Source: Carcharhinus amblyrhynchos (taxonomy: Eukaryota). Taken from it: a DNA stretch of 64,000 nt. Below are positions 51,425-64,000 of this stretch, piece by piece; the first letter of the stretch is position 1; each line of letters starts with the position of its first letter. Both the position numbers and the translations under genes were made by a program. The notes below the pieces were generated by a model, which was not told the origin of the DNA, searched no databases, and saw only the letters and a list, made by a program, of their open reading frames with translations. The stretch spans positions 21,266,001-21,330,000 of the forward strand of contig OZ336887.1 in NCBI GenBank assembly GCA_965287045.1, given 5' to 3'.

Positions 51425-54400
51425 AAAATTTTTTATTTGTTTTCAAAAGGAGATCAAGAGCAAAGTGCAATACAATACATTGTCACAGCTCCTCCCCAGT
51501 AAAGAAAACAACAAACAAAAACTATGCAAACAGCGAGGAAAAAACCATTTGATCTAACAGTCGACCAGTAATTAACTCTAAAGAAAGAGACAAAAGACTG
51601 CCATGTATGATAACATTTCTCAGTGGATCCTCTTATGAAGGATTTAATCTTTTCTAAATAAAGTAAAAGGATAGAAACTAAAGTCTTCTAACCAGGATGA
51701 AGCAGTTGGTGGATTGGAAGATTTCTAAGTTATTAGAATCCGCCTGCAGGTTATAAATGAAGTGAATACACTGCCTTAGTCTTTATGAGACTGGCCAGTC
51801 AGATGGGACTCCAAGCATAGCTATCAAAAGGCAAGGCTGCAAGTCTAAGTCTAGAACTTTGGAGAGAGTGTCAAAAAAAGATGATCAAAAGCTAGTGCAT
51901 TTCAAACACGACCAAAACATGGGGATATGGTTTGCAGGGGCAAGTGAACATCTGTCACATTTGTTGCTTGTGTTTGAGAAAAACTTGCTAATTCTGTCTT
52001 TGGGAAATTGAACTCTGTGAAGAACTTTAAAATGAATTAAGCTTAACCAAGCACAGGAGGATGTGGTGTTGACCCCAAGAAGGGCCTCCTCCCACTAGTT
52101 GTCTGCGAGATCAAGCCCAAGCTTAGTTTCCCAGTCACTTCTTATCTTGTGGAGAGGAGAGGATCCAGAGGATAGCACGACGTTGTACAATCTTGAAATA
52201 AAACCTCTGCAAGTTTGAGGCAGTGACAAAATTCCTTCCAATAATGTATTTAGAGGTAATTGAGGAAAGGATGAGCAATGAAAGCGCATAAAACAAAAGT
52301 CTTGAAAATAAAGGTAAAGACTAGACTGAGGCCAGTTAAATTTGGTTGCAAGCTTGCTGAAGCTGGCAAAAATGCCAACAACTAACAGATCAATAAACCA
52401 TTTGAGTTCCCTCTCCTTCCACAAGGCAAATGCCGAGTCAAGCTTTGAAGGCAAGAATAGTGATTATTACAAATAGGGTCTAATAGCAAAGGGGAGTTAA
52501 GTTGAAATATTGAATAAATAGCTTCCATATTTTTAAAGTAGAAATCGCAACAGCGTTTGACGTGCATTTAGAAGGAGATGAGGATTGAGCGGCACAAATT
52601 AAAGCAGAAAAGGAAGATAGACAGCAAGAAAGTGCTTCTAGAAGACACCTGTTTATACTTGGAACGGAGTTCAATAGCATATAAGGATACACAGCGCTCA
52701 GTGGATAACCTTTAGCAGTATTGATGACTTTAAGGCTATTGCCAGGACAAAGAGGAGTGGAAACAAAAAACACTCTTGTTGGCTTCCTCTGCATAGAGGG
52801 AAGTACTTTAACTTTAGAGAATTAGTGTGACTACTTGTGGTAGAAGAGATGTAGAGAAGGCGAATCCATGAAATAAATTTTGAACCAAACCCAAATTTAC
52901 CCAAAACTGTAAACAAATAATCCACTCAGTCAAAAGCCCTCTCCATATAGACATGATTTCAGGGTTGGTCAAGGAGTTGGGGAAAGTATAATGTCAAGAA
53001 GATAACATATATTGGGAATAATTGGCGCCTCTTTACAAAATCAGACTGACCATCAGGTATTATACCAGAAAGACAAGACTCTAAATGACAAGCCAACACC
53101 TTAACTAACAACTTTAGATCAGCATTTAAAAGAGAAAGATTGGCCGATATGAACCGCATTCTGCAGTGTCTTTTTTTTTGAGTATAAGCAAGCTGGAAGC
53201 TTGAGTCAGTGTTCAGGGTAGAGAACCTTGGGTCAATGAGTCACAAAACTTATCTATTAATAAAGAAGCAAGCTGAGTAGAAAACTTTTTATAGGATTCA
53301 ATAAGAAACCACCTGGGTTGGGACCTTGCCCCTCTGCATTGTCGTAGTGCAGTTTGTTACCTCATCCAGATGCAAAGGATCGTCCAAGTCTCTACTCAAG
53401 TTCATATCCACAGATGAGATGTCCAAGTTATTTAGAAAGTCAGTCATTGCCATGATATCTGAAGGTGGGGGGGGGAGGTGGTTCTAATTTATAAAAGTTA
53501 CAGTAAAAAGAAGTGAAGGTTGAATTAATTAATTTCAGAGGGGTCATTGACTTGGGGGAGAAACTGAGAAACAGACTGGCTCCTGAGTTGGTGGGCCAGA
53601 AAGCAACTAGCTTTATCCCCATATTCATAAAATGTCAGCTGGACAGTTGTAACATATGCTCTGCTTTATTTATGGAAAGTAAGTCAAATTGAATCTGAAG
53701 TTTTAGCCTGTTTGCATATGACTCAGGAGTGAGGGTGATGGAATATTGATAGTCTGTTTCTAAAATTGAGTCCACCAATTCTTGTTGTTTTAATTTTCTT
53801 TGTTTGATGATATTAGAAATTATGTTTCCCAGACAACCACTTTGAGGGTCTCGCATAGTACTGATGGGATGGTGTAAATATCTATACCGGTGGATATAGG
53901 ATAGCATGGCGGCAAGGTGGGAAAGGTCAGCATAGTGGCAAAGTGGTTAGCACAGCACCAAGGACATGGGTTCAATTCTGGACTTGGGTGACTGTGTTGA
54001 GTTTGCATATACTCCCCGTATCTGCATGGGTTTCCTCCAGATGCTCTATTTTCCTTCCACAGTCCAAAGATGTGGAGGTTAGGTGGATTGGCCATGCTAT
54101 ATTGCCCCTTGGTGTCCCAAGACATGTATGTTATAGGTGGATTAGTTGTGGTAAATGTATGGGGTTACAGGGATAAGGCGGGGGAAAGGGTCAGGTTAAA
54201 ATACTCTGTCAGATAGTTGCTGCAGATTTGTTGGGCCTTCTGCATGGTAGGGATTCTATGATATAGATTTACAAAAAATTTTGTCAGCTGGCAAGGTTGT
54301 GTTATGTCTCCATGGAAGGCGTCCTTTAGCTTTGGGCATAAGAGTCAGGTCACGGGAATAGGGTCCATGTTCGGGTATAACAATGGCAGAATACTCAGCC

Positions 54401-55035
54401 ATTTTAACTGTGGGGAGAAGAGCTCTATCTAAGTAAAAGTAATAAATGTGTGAGTAAGCATAATGGACTTGAGAGAAGTAGGAAAAGTCCCTTGCGGACA
54501 AGTGTAGGAAACGCCAAGGATCAACAACACAACCATTTGAGTCATAAGTATGGAGAAAGTCCTAGACATGCTAGAAGGGGTAAAAGTCTTTGGACTTGAG
54601 CAGTCCAGCCCTGAATCTATGGCATAGCTTAAATCCTCTACAAAAATAAGATGGTGATGTCTAGATTTGGAAGTGAGGATAGGGGGGATGTAATGAATTT
54701 CATATCATCCCAGTTAGGGGCATAGACATTCACCAAAAAAACAAGGGTTTGGAAGAGTATGCCACTAACGACTGCATAACACCCTCCAGGATCTGAAATT
54801 ATGTTTAAGGGGGAGAAATGTATTCTTTTGTTAATAAGATTGCTACCTCCCTAGCTTTACCATTAAAGTTGGAATGAAACAACTGGCCAATCCTTATTTT
54901 AAGTAATCTGTTACAATCAGTAACATGAGGGTGCGTCTCCTAAAGGAATTATTATCAACGTTAAGATTCTTGAGATGTGAAAACACTTTGGTACATTTTG
55001 CTGGGCTATTCAATCTCATAATATTTCCTGTAACC
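51425..55035 (-). mobile_element. L1/Tx1-clade LINE ORF2 (endonuclease to 3' end), decayed
   Basis: NIMRLNSPAK..KVFSHLK..ETH; SLLNADLKLLVKVLA; DYLFTVLGKFGFGSKFISWIRLLY..RGSQQECFLFPLLF; C-terminal Cys/His knuckle region near 51900-51960. Confidence 0.88.
53925..54260 (+). mobile_element. HE1-like SINE inserted in the L1
   Basis: tggcaaagtgg and ggttcaattc boxes plus shared core. Confidence 0.8.
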
Positions 55036-55479
55036 GTCTGAGCTAGTCATATGTATAGGAAGACTTTACAAATAGAATAGTAAAATGAGTGGCAAAGAAA
55101 ACAAGGCCAAAATGATCCATTACACAGTGAGAATGATCAAATACAAGAAAGTTCTTGGTTACTGTCAGCATAACAAATTCCTCCCACCTTCTTTGATCTC
55201 CAAACTAATCACTTGGTTTAGAACAAAAACCAAGTAGTGTGATGACAAACTTTTAACTAAATAAAACTGTAAATCAAATCCTAAGCTCGCCATTATAAAC
55301 AAGACGAACAGTAGGCATTCGCTGACATAGCATCCACTGATTAAATAACTTTGTTAATGGTTATGTCCCCAACATATGAATTGTGTTATGTTGTATGACA
55401 TGGAAAAGTTACTTGTTACAACTGCATGGTAAGACTCTAATTTATTCAAACAATCGAACATGCGCTTAGTTTTGAACCT

Positions 55480-56870
55480 CTTATTTATTTATTTAGTGAA
55501 TAAAAAATTCCTAAGTCTAGCAGTTTCTTCCGGTCCTGTTGTGTTGAGTATGGATAAGCCTCACCTGCGTTTGGGGATTGGATACTCTTCTGTGATATGA
55601 TACATAGTTTGCTCTCTCCCACAGGCACACGTGGAGATGGCACTAATGCCCCATCTATGGAGGTTAGCCAAGCAGTGGCCATGGCCAGTTCTGAACCTGT
55701 TGAGGGTGGACCACTCTTTCCTTGGAAAATTCAAACTAGGCGGTTGTTGGGTTGGGTTTGAGCCAGGTATTTGTTTGTCATGTCCAATGATTTGTATTCA
55801 TTTGTCCAGGTAGAATTTGCATTGAGGCCCTGTGTGAAAGGGTTTTTCCAGATCAATCTTCCTAATGGGAGTTGTATCTTGGGTGGGCAGAATAGATCAG
55901 CATGAAGACTGGGGCATTGCAAATTTTCCAATCATTTTGATGTTGTTGCAAGTAAGTGGATATATGGAGGATTGATGTTTGCCAGGACATGAATCCAAGG
56001 GAGTGGTGTTGAGCATAATGTTCCAGTAGTGATACGCACATAGTATTCAGCTGGGTTTCAACTCTGTGTGCATGTGATGATCTTGACCAAACAAGGATGC
56101 AGTATTCTGCTACTGAGTATGAGAGAGCAAGTGCTGAGGTTTGGAGGGTGATGGGAGTAGCACCCCATGTTGAGCCAGCCGATTTGGCAATCAAGTTGTT
56201 TCAGCACTTGACCTTGGCTGCAGTTGTTTTTAGGTGTTACCAGCCTATCTCAGGTTACTCTGAGGTATGTTGGACTTGGGTGTAGCCATTCATTTGAATG
56301 TTGAACTCTTTATTGGCTTTTGCATTGTGAAGCTGGAATAAATTGGATAATATTTTTGCAGGGTTTGGCTTGAATCACCATGTGTTGTAGTATTGTTCAA
56401 GTTTTGACAAGTCCTTATTTAAAGTCTGATCCAATGTGTTGAAATAAGGGGCTTGAGTGTGAGTTAGGTGTCGTTGGCATATACAAATTTTCAGGAGGTA
56501 GTTTTTGGAAGATCATTTACATACAATTTGAACAGGGTTGGAACAAGTACTGAGCCCTGGGGTGGGGCGGGGTCCATCGGTTTGTCTTTGCCATGTCCAA
56601 GCTGAACTCTGAACCTTCAATTGTTCAACAGTGTTCTGATGCTTTTAGTCATCCATGACAGCTTCAGGAGGAGGCCAGTGTGCTAAACTGTGTTCTGAGT
56701 GGCCATGAGGTTGAGGAACACACCACTGGTCTTCAATGTTTTCTGAAAGCCATTTTCAATGTAGGTGGTAAGGGCCAATACTTGTTTTCCTGTGCTGCAT
56801 TCTTTGTAGATATCAGCTTTGTCAACGCTAAAGACTTCTTCTTCAATTGGGAATCTACTTCTTAAGTGGC
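55480..56870 (-). mobile_element. Ingi/Vingi-like LINE 3' half
   Basis: IENGFQKTLKTSGVFLNL and GSTWGATPITLQTSALALSYSVAEYCILVWSRSSHAHRVETQLN; (TAAA)n tail at 55481-55496. Confidence 0.7.
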
Positions 56871-57261
56871 CAATACAGGCATCCAAGTACATAATCCAAA
56901 AGAATTTTCACACTTGCAAATATATGTTCACTTGCACTGAGAATCCAAGAAACTTCCAAATATTTTGATGATAGTTGCATTTAAGGGTGTGGAACTTGGT
57001 CCTCCTTCAGATTCTAATTATTATCTTACATTCGAGACTTGCCCCACATTGTCATATTGTGATCACTGAATATATCACCATAAGGATGCTTGAGTATTGT
57101 CTAATCTTTAATGCACAGCATAGACATGCATCATACAACTTATCACTTGCAGCCCAACATGTTCTGAGCTCTCAGAATGCAGTCTACACAGCGCCTACAG
57201 CTACTTCATTGCATCTCCTGCTGCTTTTGTTCCAATGTAAGGAGGATGCAGAGTCCTCAAC

Positions 57262-58050
57262 GTAGAAACATAAAAAATAGGAGCAGGCGTAGGCCATTCA
57301 GCCCTTTGAGCATGCTCCGCCCATTTAACATGATTATGGCTGATCCTCTATCTCAATGCCATAATTCAGCACTCTCCCAAAACCCCTTGACACCTCTAGA
57401 GTCCAGAAATCTGTCTATTTCCTTCTTAAATATATTCAGTGATTTGGTCTTCACAGCCTTATGTGGTAGAGAATTCCACAGGTTCACCACCTTCTGAGTG
57501 AAGAAATTTTTCCTCATCTCAGCCCTATGATCTACCCTATATTCTGAGGCTGTGACACCTTGTTCTAGAACCTCCCAGCTAGAGGAAACAACATCCTTGT
57601 ATCCAATCTGTACACGCCTGTCAGAATGTTATAAATTTCAACTCGAACCCCACTCAGTCTTCTAAATTCCAGTGAACATGGCCCCCAATCTCTCTTCATA
57701 CAACCTTCCTTTCATTCCAGAAAGCAGCCTGCCAAATCTTTGTTCACTCTAATTATATCCTTTCTTAGATAAGAAGACTAAAATTGCTGTACAGCAGTAA
57801 GACATCCTTGCTCCTGTATTCAAACTTTCTTGCGCTGAAGGCCAACATGTTGTTTGCCTTCCTAGTTGCTTGCTGTACCTGCATGCATTCAGTGATTGGG
57901 GTACTAGGCCGTCCTACCACCTTGAAGTCTCTTAACATCCTCCTCATCACTCACATTCCCACCAAGTTTCATGTCATCAACAAACTTGGAAATATTACTT
58001 TCCGTTCCTTCATCCAAATCATTGACATATATCGTGAGCAGAATTATAGA
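57262..58050 (-). mobile_element. CR1-group LINE fragment
   Basis: IYVNDLDEGTESNISKFVDDMKLGG and QVQQATRKANNMLAF on minus; tail near 57265. Confidence 0.88.
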
Positions 58051-58949
58051 GATTTCAATAGAATCAAATATAGTATCAACTATACCTGGATTGTTATATG
58101 TGAAATAACTCCCACAAGGCTGGTGTCCCTTCACGAAATTCAGACTTATTTATATTAGTTAGTAATACTCAGACAGGTACTTCCTAATACATAGTATACA
58201 CCCTAAGTGCCAGTAACCCAGACACTCCACATGATATACCTCTGCAGGGCTCCCAGTTTGGACAACATTAACTGCCTCAATCAGGGAGCTGGTATTCTAA
58301 CAGGTCTATCTTGTGGACCTCGTTAAAGTCAATACAGGATGCCTTGTTCATCTTCCTATTTAGGAATTGATTAAAGCTCTTGTAAAAGAATTGTCATCAA
58401 GATAAACCATACAGAGACTGGGAGTTATTCAATTGTGAGAAGAATGGGCCTGCATGCTGGACAATGCACAGGACAGAGAAACTATGTGGATCGTAAAGAC
58501 CTCTTGCAGGGTAGATGCATCTACAGCTCTGGTCCACCTGAAAGACTTCTCTGCAAACCTTCCTCCTCTTTGAGCAGGTGTCAGGGTGATATGAGTGCAA
58601 CCTCGTCACATAAGACTGTGTGGCTTTCAGTGTGTCACATCTATGGACTTTGTGGAGCTAAGGGAAAAAATAATTTTTCTATAGGTACTTGAGGTCAGGG
58701 AAACACACTACATTGTGCAGGTGCTGATGCCCACATTTAGTGCAAAGGATATGTTTACAGAGTAGTGCATGCAAAGAATCACACTCCCAGTAGAGCCAGT
58801 GTGAAAGACAGCAATTTATTTCAGTCATCAGGAAACAAGATCAATGATAGCAAATCATGTTTATGGACCTAACCCAGAGCTTCAGCCACCAGCCAGCAGA
58901 GGATTAAGAATATTGTAAAGGTTAAGTATTGATAGCTCTTTTGGCCTAG

Positions 58950-59881
58950 AATGACGCCAAGATTGGTGGAACGGCAAATTGCGCAGAGGGTGTGGAGAGT
59001 CTGCAGAAGGATCTAGATAGGCTGGGCGAATGGGTCAGGAACTGGCAAATGGAATTTAATGTTGGCAAGTGCGAGGTGGTCCACTTTGGTAGGAATAATG
59101 GTAGGAAGGATTATTACTTATGTGGCGAAAAACTGCAGCAGGCGACGGTGCAGAGGGACCTCGGGGTCCTTGTGCATGAGTCGCAAAAACCCAGCTTGCA
59201 GGTGCAGCAGGTGGTCAGGAAGGCGAATGGGATGCTGGCCTTCATAGCGAGGGGGATTGAATATAAAAGTAGGGAGGTCTTGCTGCAGCTGTATAGGGCA
59301 CTGGTGAGGCCGCAGCTGGAGTACTGTGTGCAGTTTTGGTCGCCGCACTTACGCAAGGATATTTTGGCCTTGGAGGGAGTGCAGAGGAGGTTTACTAGGC
59401 TGATACTGGAGTTGAGGAGGTTGAGCTATGAGGAGAGGCTGAATAAACTAGGCTTGTACTTGTTAGAGTTTAGAAGAATGAGGGGAGATCTCATTGAGAC
59501 GTATAAGATGATGAATGGGATGGATAGGATAGAGGTGGAGAGACTCTTCCCGCTCAGAAAGGACAGTAGGACTAGGGGGCACAGCCTCAAGATAAAGGGG
59601 GGGGCGGTTTAGAACGGAGTTGAGGAGGAACTTCTTCACTCAAAGGGTGGTGAATCTCTGGAATTCTCTGCCCGTTGAAGTGGTGGAGGCTGCCTCGCTA
59701 AATATTTTTAAGACACGGGTTGATGGGTTTTTGATAAGCGAGGGGATTAAGGGTTATGGGGAGAGGGCGGGAATGTGGAACTGAGCCACGACAGATCAGC
59801 CATGATCTTTGAGTGGCGGGGCAGGCTCGAAGGGCTAGATGGCCTACTCCTGCTCCTATTTCTTATGTTCTTATGTTCTTA
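58950..59881 (+). mobile_element. Young 5'-truncated CR1-group LINE, same subfamily as 38219-38829
   Basis: 206-aa ORF, one extra base in the G run near 59600, (TTCTTATG)n tail; near-identical to the other copy. Confidence 0.93.
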
Positions 59882-59884
59882 CAT

Positions 59885-61310
59885 CATACCCTTGCCTTGG
59901 CCTCATCCTGTGCGTCCGTGTCATCCTCACCCTTGTTATCACCATTGTCTTCCCTGTCCTCATCAGCAAAGGTGACATCGCAATCCTCCATGCCTCTCTC
60001 TCTCTCTCTCTCTTTGCTGCTTGAGATTGTGTAGGGCACAGCAGACAATGACAATCTAGGACACTGTAGCATCCTATCACTTGCTTAATGGTGGCCCTTG
60101 TGGAGGCAAGTACCCCTCCCTGGTGACATTTGCTGATAGTGAAATGGCATCATCAAGCAGGCCTACGAAGTGCATCCCTTATCTGCAATGAACCAGCCCT
60201 GAAATTGATGCAGTACTTCAAGTACCTGTGGGAGAGCTTGTTGGGAAGAGCAAACTAACCTGCAGGATTTGTCTCGTATGATCATGTAACAACTGAACAT
60301 TCAGAATTAAAACATTTCCTATTGATTAATGCAGCTGACTGTTGCCAGAGAGCTTTCAATGCCATGTGTGTAGTCAACGGCTGCTTGCACTTGCAGAAAT
60401 CTGCGATTGTTGCAAAACCCAATACTGATGCTACCTGGCTGTCACTATCCAAACAGAATCTGACAAAATCACATGCTCTCCTGAAGAAGGCTTCTATCAT
60501 CTTCCAGGTGCACCAGCAATATATCTGATTTCAGGCTAATGCTCGCCATTGCACTGGTTAAGGGTTGCTAGCATCCTGCACTTCTTGTGGCTCTGCTGCC
60601 ACTGCCTCTGCTAGTCAGGCCATTGCTCCTCCAGCCCTGGGCCATTTCAAGCTGGTTTCCCTTCAGCTAGACTATAGCCAGTAGATGAACAGAGTTTTCT
60701 GGAGCCTGAGGCGATCTGCAAGTAAGTGACAGTGATTCATCTAGAGAGCATTTTCTTTGAAGTTTTCCCTCCATCCTTGACTTTTAAGCCCACACCAGGC
60801 CCTGTACTCAACATCAATGTATCTCTGGCCTACCTCCACCTTATTATGATGAAAGACATCCTGGAGGGCCATGGAGGAGTGTTTTCCTGTTCATATCTGC
60901 ATGTACATGTAGACATTACACATTGACCAGGGTAATGATAGCCATGTCTGTGCACCCTCCTTCATACTCCTCCATCACCCTCAAAACACGTTTGAATCTT
61001 CCTTATCTTGCCATCAGAGATCTGCTACCCATTGTCAGCCATGAGTGTGTACTCCAGTGACTGGAGAACTAGGACATTGCTACTGTTCCCCCATACATGC
61101 CCCTTGGCAGCATCAACTCTCTTCTTCCCTCCGTCCTGTCTCAGACAACACATGGTGTTAATCAGCATGCAATTTACTGCAACCCCCGACCTTGATGGAA
61201 TCTCACTGGAATGTGGGCCATAAGCCATGTTGCAATGCTGATTTCTTCAGTATTGGGCCATTGAGAGGAGAAATAAGCTGAGCTGGTTTTGCATCCACTT
61301 GTCTCATGGT
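59885..61310 (-). pseudogene. Harbinger (HARBI1-family) DDE transposase remnant
   Basis: AFFRRACDFVRF..GFATIADF..THMALKAL..INRKCF then, after a frameshift, LNVQL (family motif NRKGxHSxNVQ); acidic C-terminal tail DEDREDNGDNKGEDD. Confidence 0.75.
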
Positions 61311-62594
61311 TAATAGGGCACCCCTTAACTTGGCTATAATGTAAGAGCGTGTAAAGCATTAACCCACCTGAAAAGACATTCCACTGATATTAATCGCTTG
61401 CAATATTTTATAATTGTGCAGCAACACTGCAAGTTCCAGAATAGTGTACTTGATATTCCTTCACACCTCAAGTTCCTTCTACCCTCCCCCTATCATCCAC
61501 CAGGTATCTTTTTCCATCCTTCACCATCATAAACTTGTTTTTCATCTCCTTCCTGTGACGCTTGAATCTTCCCCATTACCTGGCCCCTATTGTAATCTAT
61601 GTGGGCATTCCTTATCTCCCCAGAGGCAATAAATTGCAATGTGCCTATACCTCTTCTGAGACTGACTCATCCTATTCTTCAAGCCAGCTCTTTCCTGCCT
61701 TTCCGTGAAACCCCCACCCCCTCACTCCCACAAGACCATACACTACCCACCTATTACCCTAGAACATCTAACCTACCTGATCCAACTCCCCCTCTCTGCC
61801 ACCATACACCCTATCTCCCAATATGCTCATTTAAACCTTCTGACCAAACGCTCGGCATCACCAACCCCATGTTTTTGAAGTATCTCCCTACAATGCTCAC
61901 TGCCCAGAAAGTCCATTCACCCCAACAGGACTAACACAAGTGAAACATGCTTCCCCCACCCTGTGCCATATTCAACACAGTCTGGTGCCCTTTGAGGTCT
62001 CCAGTGTTCACTCCACTCTTCCCATCTGACCCTGCCTCTCTTCCTCAGTCTCCCTGCAACTTAGACTGTCAGCACCCAATCCCAATCAATAGATTGACAT
62101 TTACAAGTGGTCCCTGAGAAGAACGAAGCAGAAGCTACTCACTCCAAAGTCCAGAAAGAAATCTACCTCTCCAGGTGCACACTACTTATTTGCAGTTCTG
62201 AATCTAAACGCATGAACCTCTCACTCGTGGAGAACTTAACTGGAAGGGAACACTTATTTTGGGAAGCTGACCTATTAATGAGAATGAATGACATTCAAAC
62301 ACATACAAAAGGGACTCAACTTTAAAGATGTAAGGACTTAATTGCAAAAGTTTATCCTGCTGCCAGAAAGGTGAATTTTGGCCTCCCAATCAATTAAGCT
62401 TACTTCCTGTTCCATGTAGCCCCAAAAGATCCTGTCTATTCTGTCAGCTTCTAACATGCTCTGCCTCCTGGTGATATATTATTTACTGATTATAATTTCA
62501 AGGGCTGCATTGTTATAAAGATTTCTGTACAGATATGCATTAAGGGAAAATCTCAATACAATCTATTTATAACTTGAAACCATATTACAGGATA

Positions 62595-62980
62595 GAAAGA
62601 GTACTTGCATTTATGTAACATTTCCATGACCATTGTATGTCTCAAATGGATTTTGCAGCTAATGAAGTAGGGTTGTAATGCAGAAATGTGGCAGACAATT
62701 TTGTGCACAAAACTCTCACATATAGCAATGTAATAATGACTAGACAATTTGTTTTCGTGACATTGATTGAGGGATAAATATTAGCCAGGACACCAACCCC
62801 TGCAGTTCTTCAAAATATGGGATCTTTTATATCCATAAGTGGTCAGTGAGCTTTGTGCATGAGCAGTAGGAGAGAGAATATTCTAAATGTGAGACAATCA
62901 GAGTAGTTTAATGTCTCATTCTAAAGACATCAAATCCAATGATGCAGCACATCTTCAGTACTGTATTAGATGTTTCAGTC
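62595..62980 (-). mobile_element. Deu-domain SINE-like element (SacSINE1-like); related fragments near 9380-9530 and 34250-34340
   Basis: Minus strand reads aaaagatcccat...ggtgtcctggctaatatttatccctcaatc; family name recalled only. Confidence 0.55.
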
Positions 62981-63466
62981 ACAGTTGCAACTGTTCCTTT
63001 TATTCCATGGGCTCAGCTTCATTGACTGGCCTGTTATGTGGCACTTCATCAAACTGATACTACTGTTAGCCTTTTGTGGACTAAGGTCATTGGTCTAGTG
63101 TATAATTTCAGGAAGGAAAACTCAATATCATTCTGTTTTGTTTCTCAATAATAATTTTCTCATGAGTGGGTGTCTCTGTGCTGGTGCCTGCACAAATAAA
63201 ATTCCTAGAGATGGCAATAATGGTCACTGGTTTCAGATCTGGAAGTGGAACTGAGTGGCAATTATTGGATTGTTTAGAAAATAAATGGTCTTAAATATCA
63301 GTTCTAAATTAGTGTCTGAAGAAGTGACCCAGTGTTTTAATGAAGACTATACACCTGAAATGTCATAACCTCTTCACTGAAGCTGGTTGAATTTTCAGCC
63401 TTAGTTTTTAGATTTCCAGCATTTTCAATATTACATTTAATGATCCTCTCTTTGTTTCAACTTCAG

Positions 63467-63602
63467 GTCATTGTCCAGAGGTCACTCTCTGCCAAAACAT
63501 TGCTTCATGCCAAAGGTGGCTCCTTGTTTGCTGCCTACTTGAAAGTCCTGCCTGTTTTTATAATGGTGCTTCCAGGCATGATAAGCAGAGTACTCTTTAC
63601 AG
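63467..63602 (+). CDS. SLC5A11: SLC5A11 coding exon 9 ([10 protein letters not shown]...[10 protein letters not shown])
   Basis: cttcag acceptor, gtaggt donor, 136 nt. Confidence 0.96.
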
Positions 63603-63704
63603 GTAGGTGCATGAGAGATCTACATTTCTTTTGACATTGAATTTCACAGAGTGAAATCTTCCTTAAACTGAAAATTGTCACTTCTATTATGATTCGTGCC
63701 TTAG

Positions 63705-63812
63705 ATGAAGTGGCCTGTGCTGATGCTGATACTTGTCATAAAATTTGTGGGAATCAGATTGGTTGCTCGGATATCGCTTACCCAAAGCTGGTAATGGAAT
63801 TGCTGCCAAAAG
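63705..63812 (+). CDS. SLC5A11: SLC5A11 coding exon 10 (DEVACADADTCHKICGNQIGCSDIAYPKLVMELLPK)
   Basis: gccttag acceptor, AAG|gtataa donor, 108 nt. Confidence 0.95.
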
Positions 63813-64000
63813 GTATAAGAAATCCAATTACTTCTAATTTACGGCATACTGTCTATGCTGGTGTTACGATCTGCACTAGCCTCTTTCTCTATTTACTTGA
63901 TTACACCCTACCAGCCTATCAATATGCTCCTTTCTATTTCATGTACTTACTAACTCCTTCAATGCATCTATGTCATTCATCTCAGCCACTCCACCAAAAA

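Larger units (their letters stand above)
48969..62437. mobile_element. Decayed autonomous PIF/Harbinger transposon expanded to about 13.5 kb by nested insertions
   Basis: Degenerate TIRs gggcggaatcttt / aaagatcctgtct, ATT on both flanks, Myb-like remnant on + and transposase remnant on -. Confidence 0.65.
31359..63812 (+). other. SLC5A11: Sodium/myo-inositol cotransporter 2 (SMIT2/SGLT6)-type gene, first 10 coding exons; continues beyond the window
   Basis: Spliced translation: [108 protein letters not shown] and IPSxWYW fit recalled SLC5A11 better than SGLT1. Confidence 0.85.

Noticed and set aside
59885-61310. Domesticated HARBI1-like host gene
   Set aside because: Frameshifts and decayed motifs, and it lies within TIRs, so it is a dead transposase.
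63659-63668. TTCCTTAAAC resembling a U12 branch site in SLC5A11 intron 9
   Set aside because: The donor is GTAGGT (U2-type) and the motif is about 37 nt from the AG.

Overview
Vertebrate genomic DNA, most likely a shark or other elasmobranch (inferred from HE1-like SINEs, CR1-group LINEs and Deu-like SINEs). Two intron-containing genes lie in tandem on the + strand. The first is the 3' part of a delphilin (GRID2IP-type) formin gene: 10 exons, 1139-17554, about 510 aa, FH1 polyproline plus FH2, ending VVSPLAW*. The second is the 5' part of an SLC5A11/SMIT2-type sodium:solute symporter: 10 coding exons, 31359-63812, about 370 codons, running off the window. All exon phases were checked by hand and join in frame. 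The rest is mostly transposable-element debris. Notable observations: (1) a delphilin intron with a GC donor but U12 (minor spliceosome) donor and branch-point signals; (2) two patchwork insertions built from short pieces copied from nearby DNA, resembling template-switch or Pol-theta repair scars; (3) a roughly 13.5 kb decayed autonomous PIF/Harbinger transposon filling one intron and hosting nested LINEs; (4) a CR1-group LINE with a tRNA-like head and no evident ORF1, plus its short head+tail derivative; (5) a gene adjacency that differs from human. Repeat family names come from recalled motifs, not database searches, and repeat boundaries are approximate unless a TIR or TSD is quoted.
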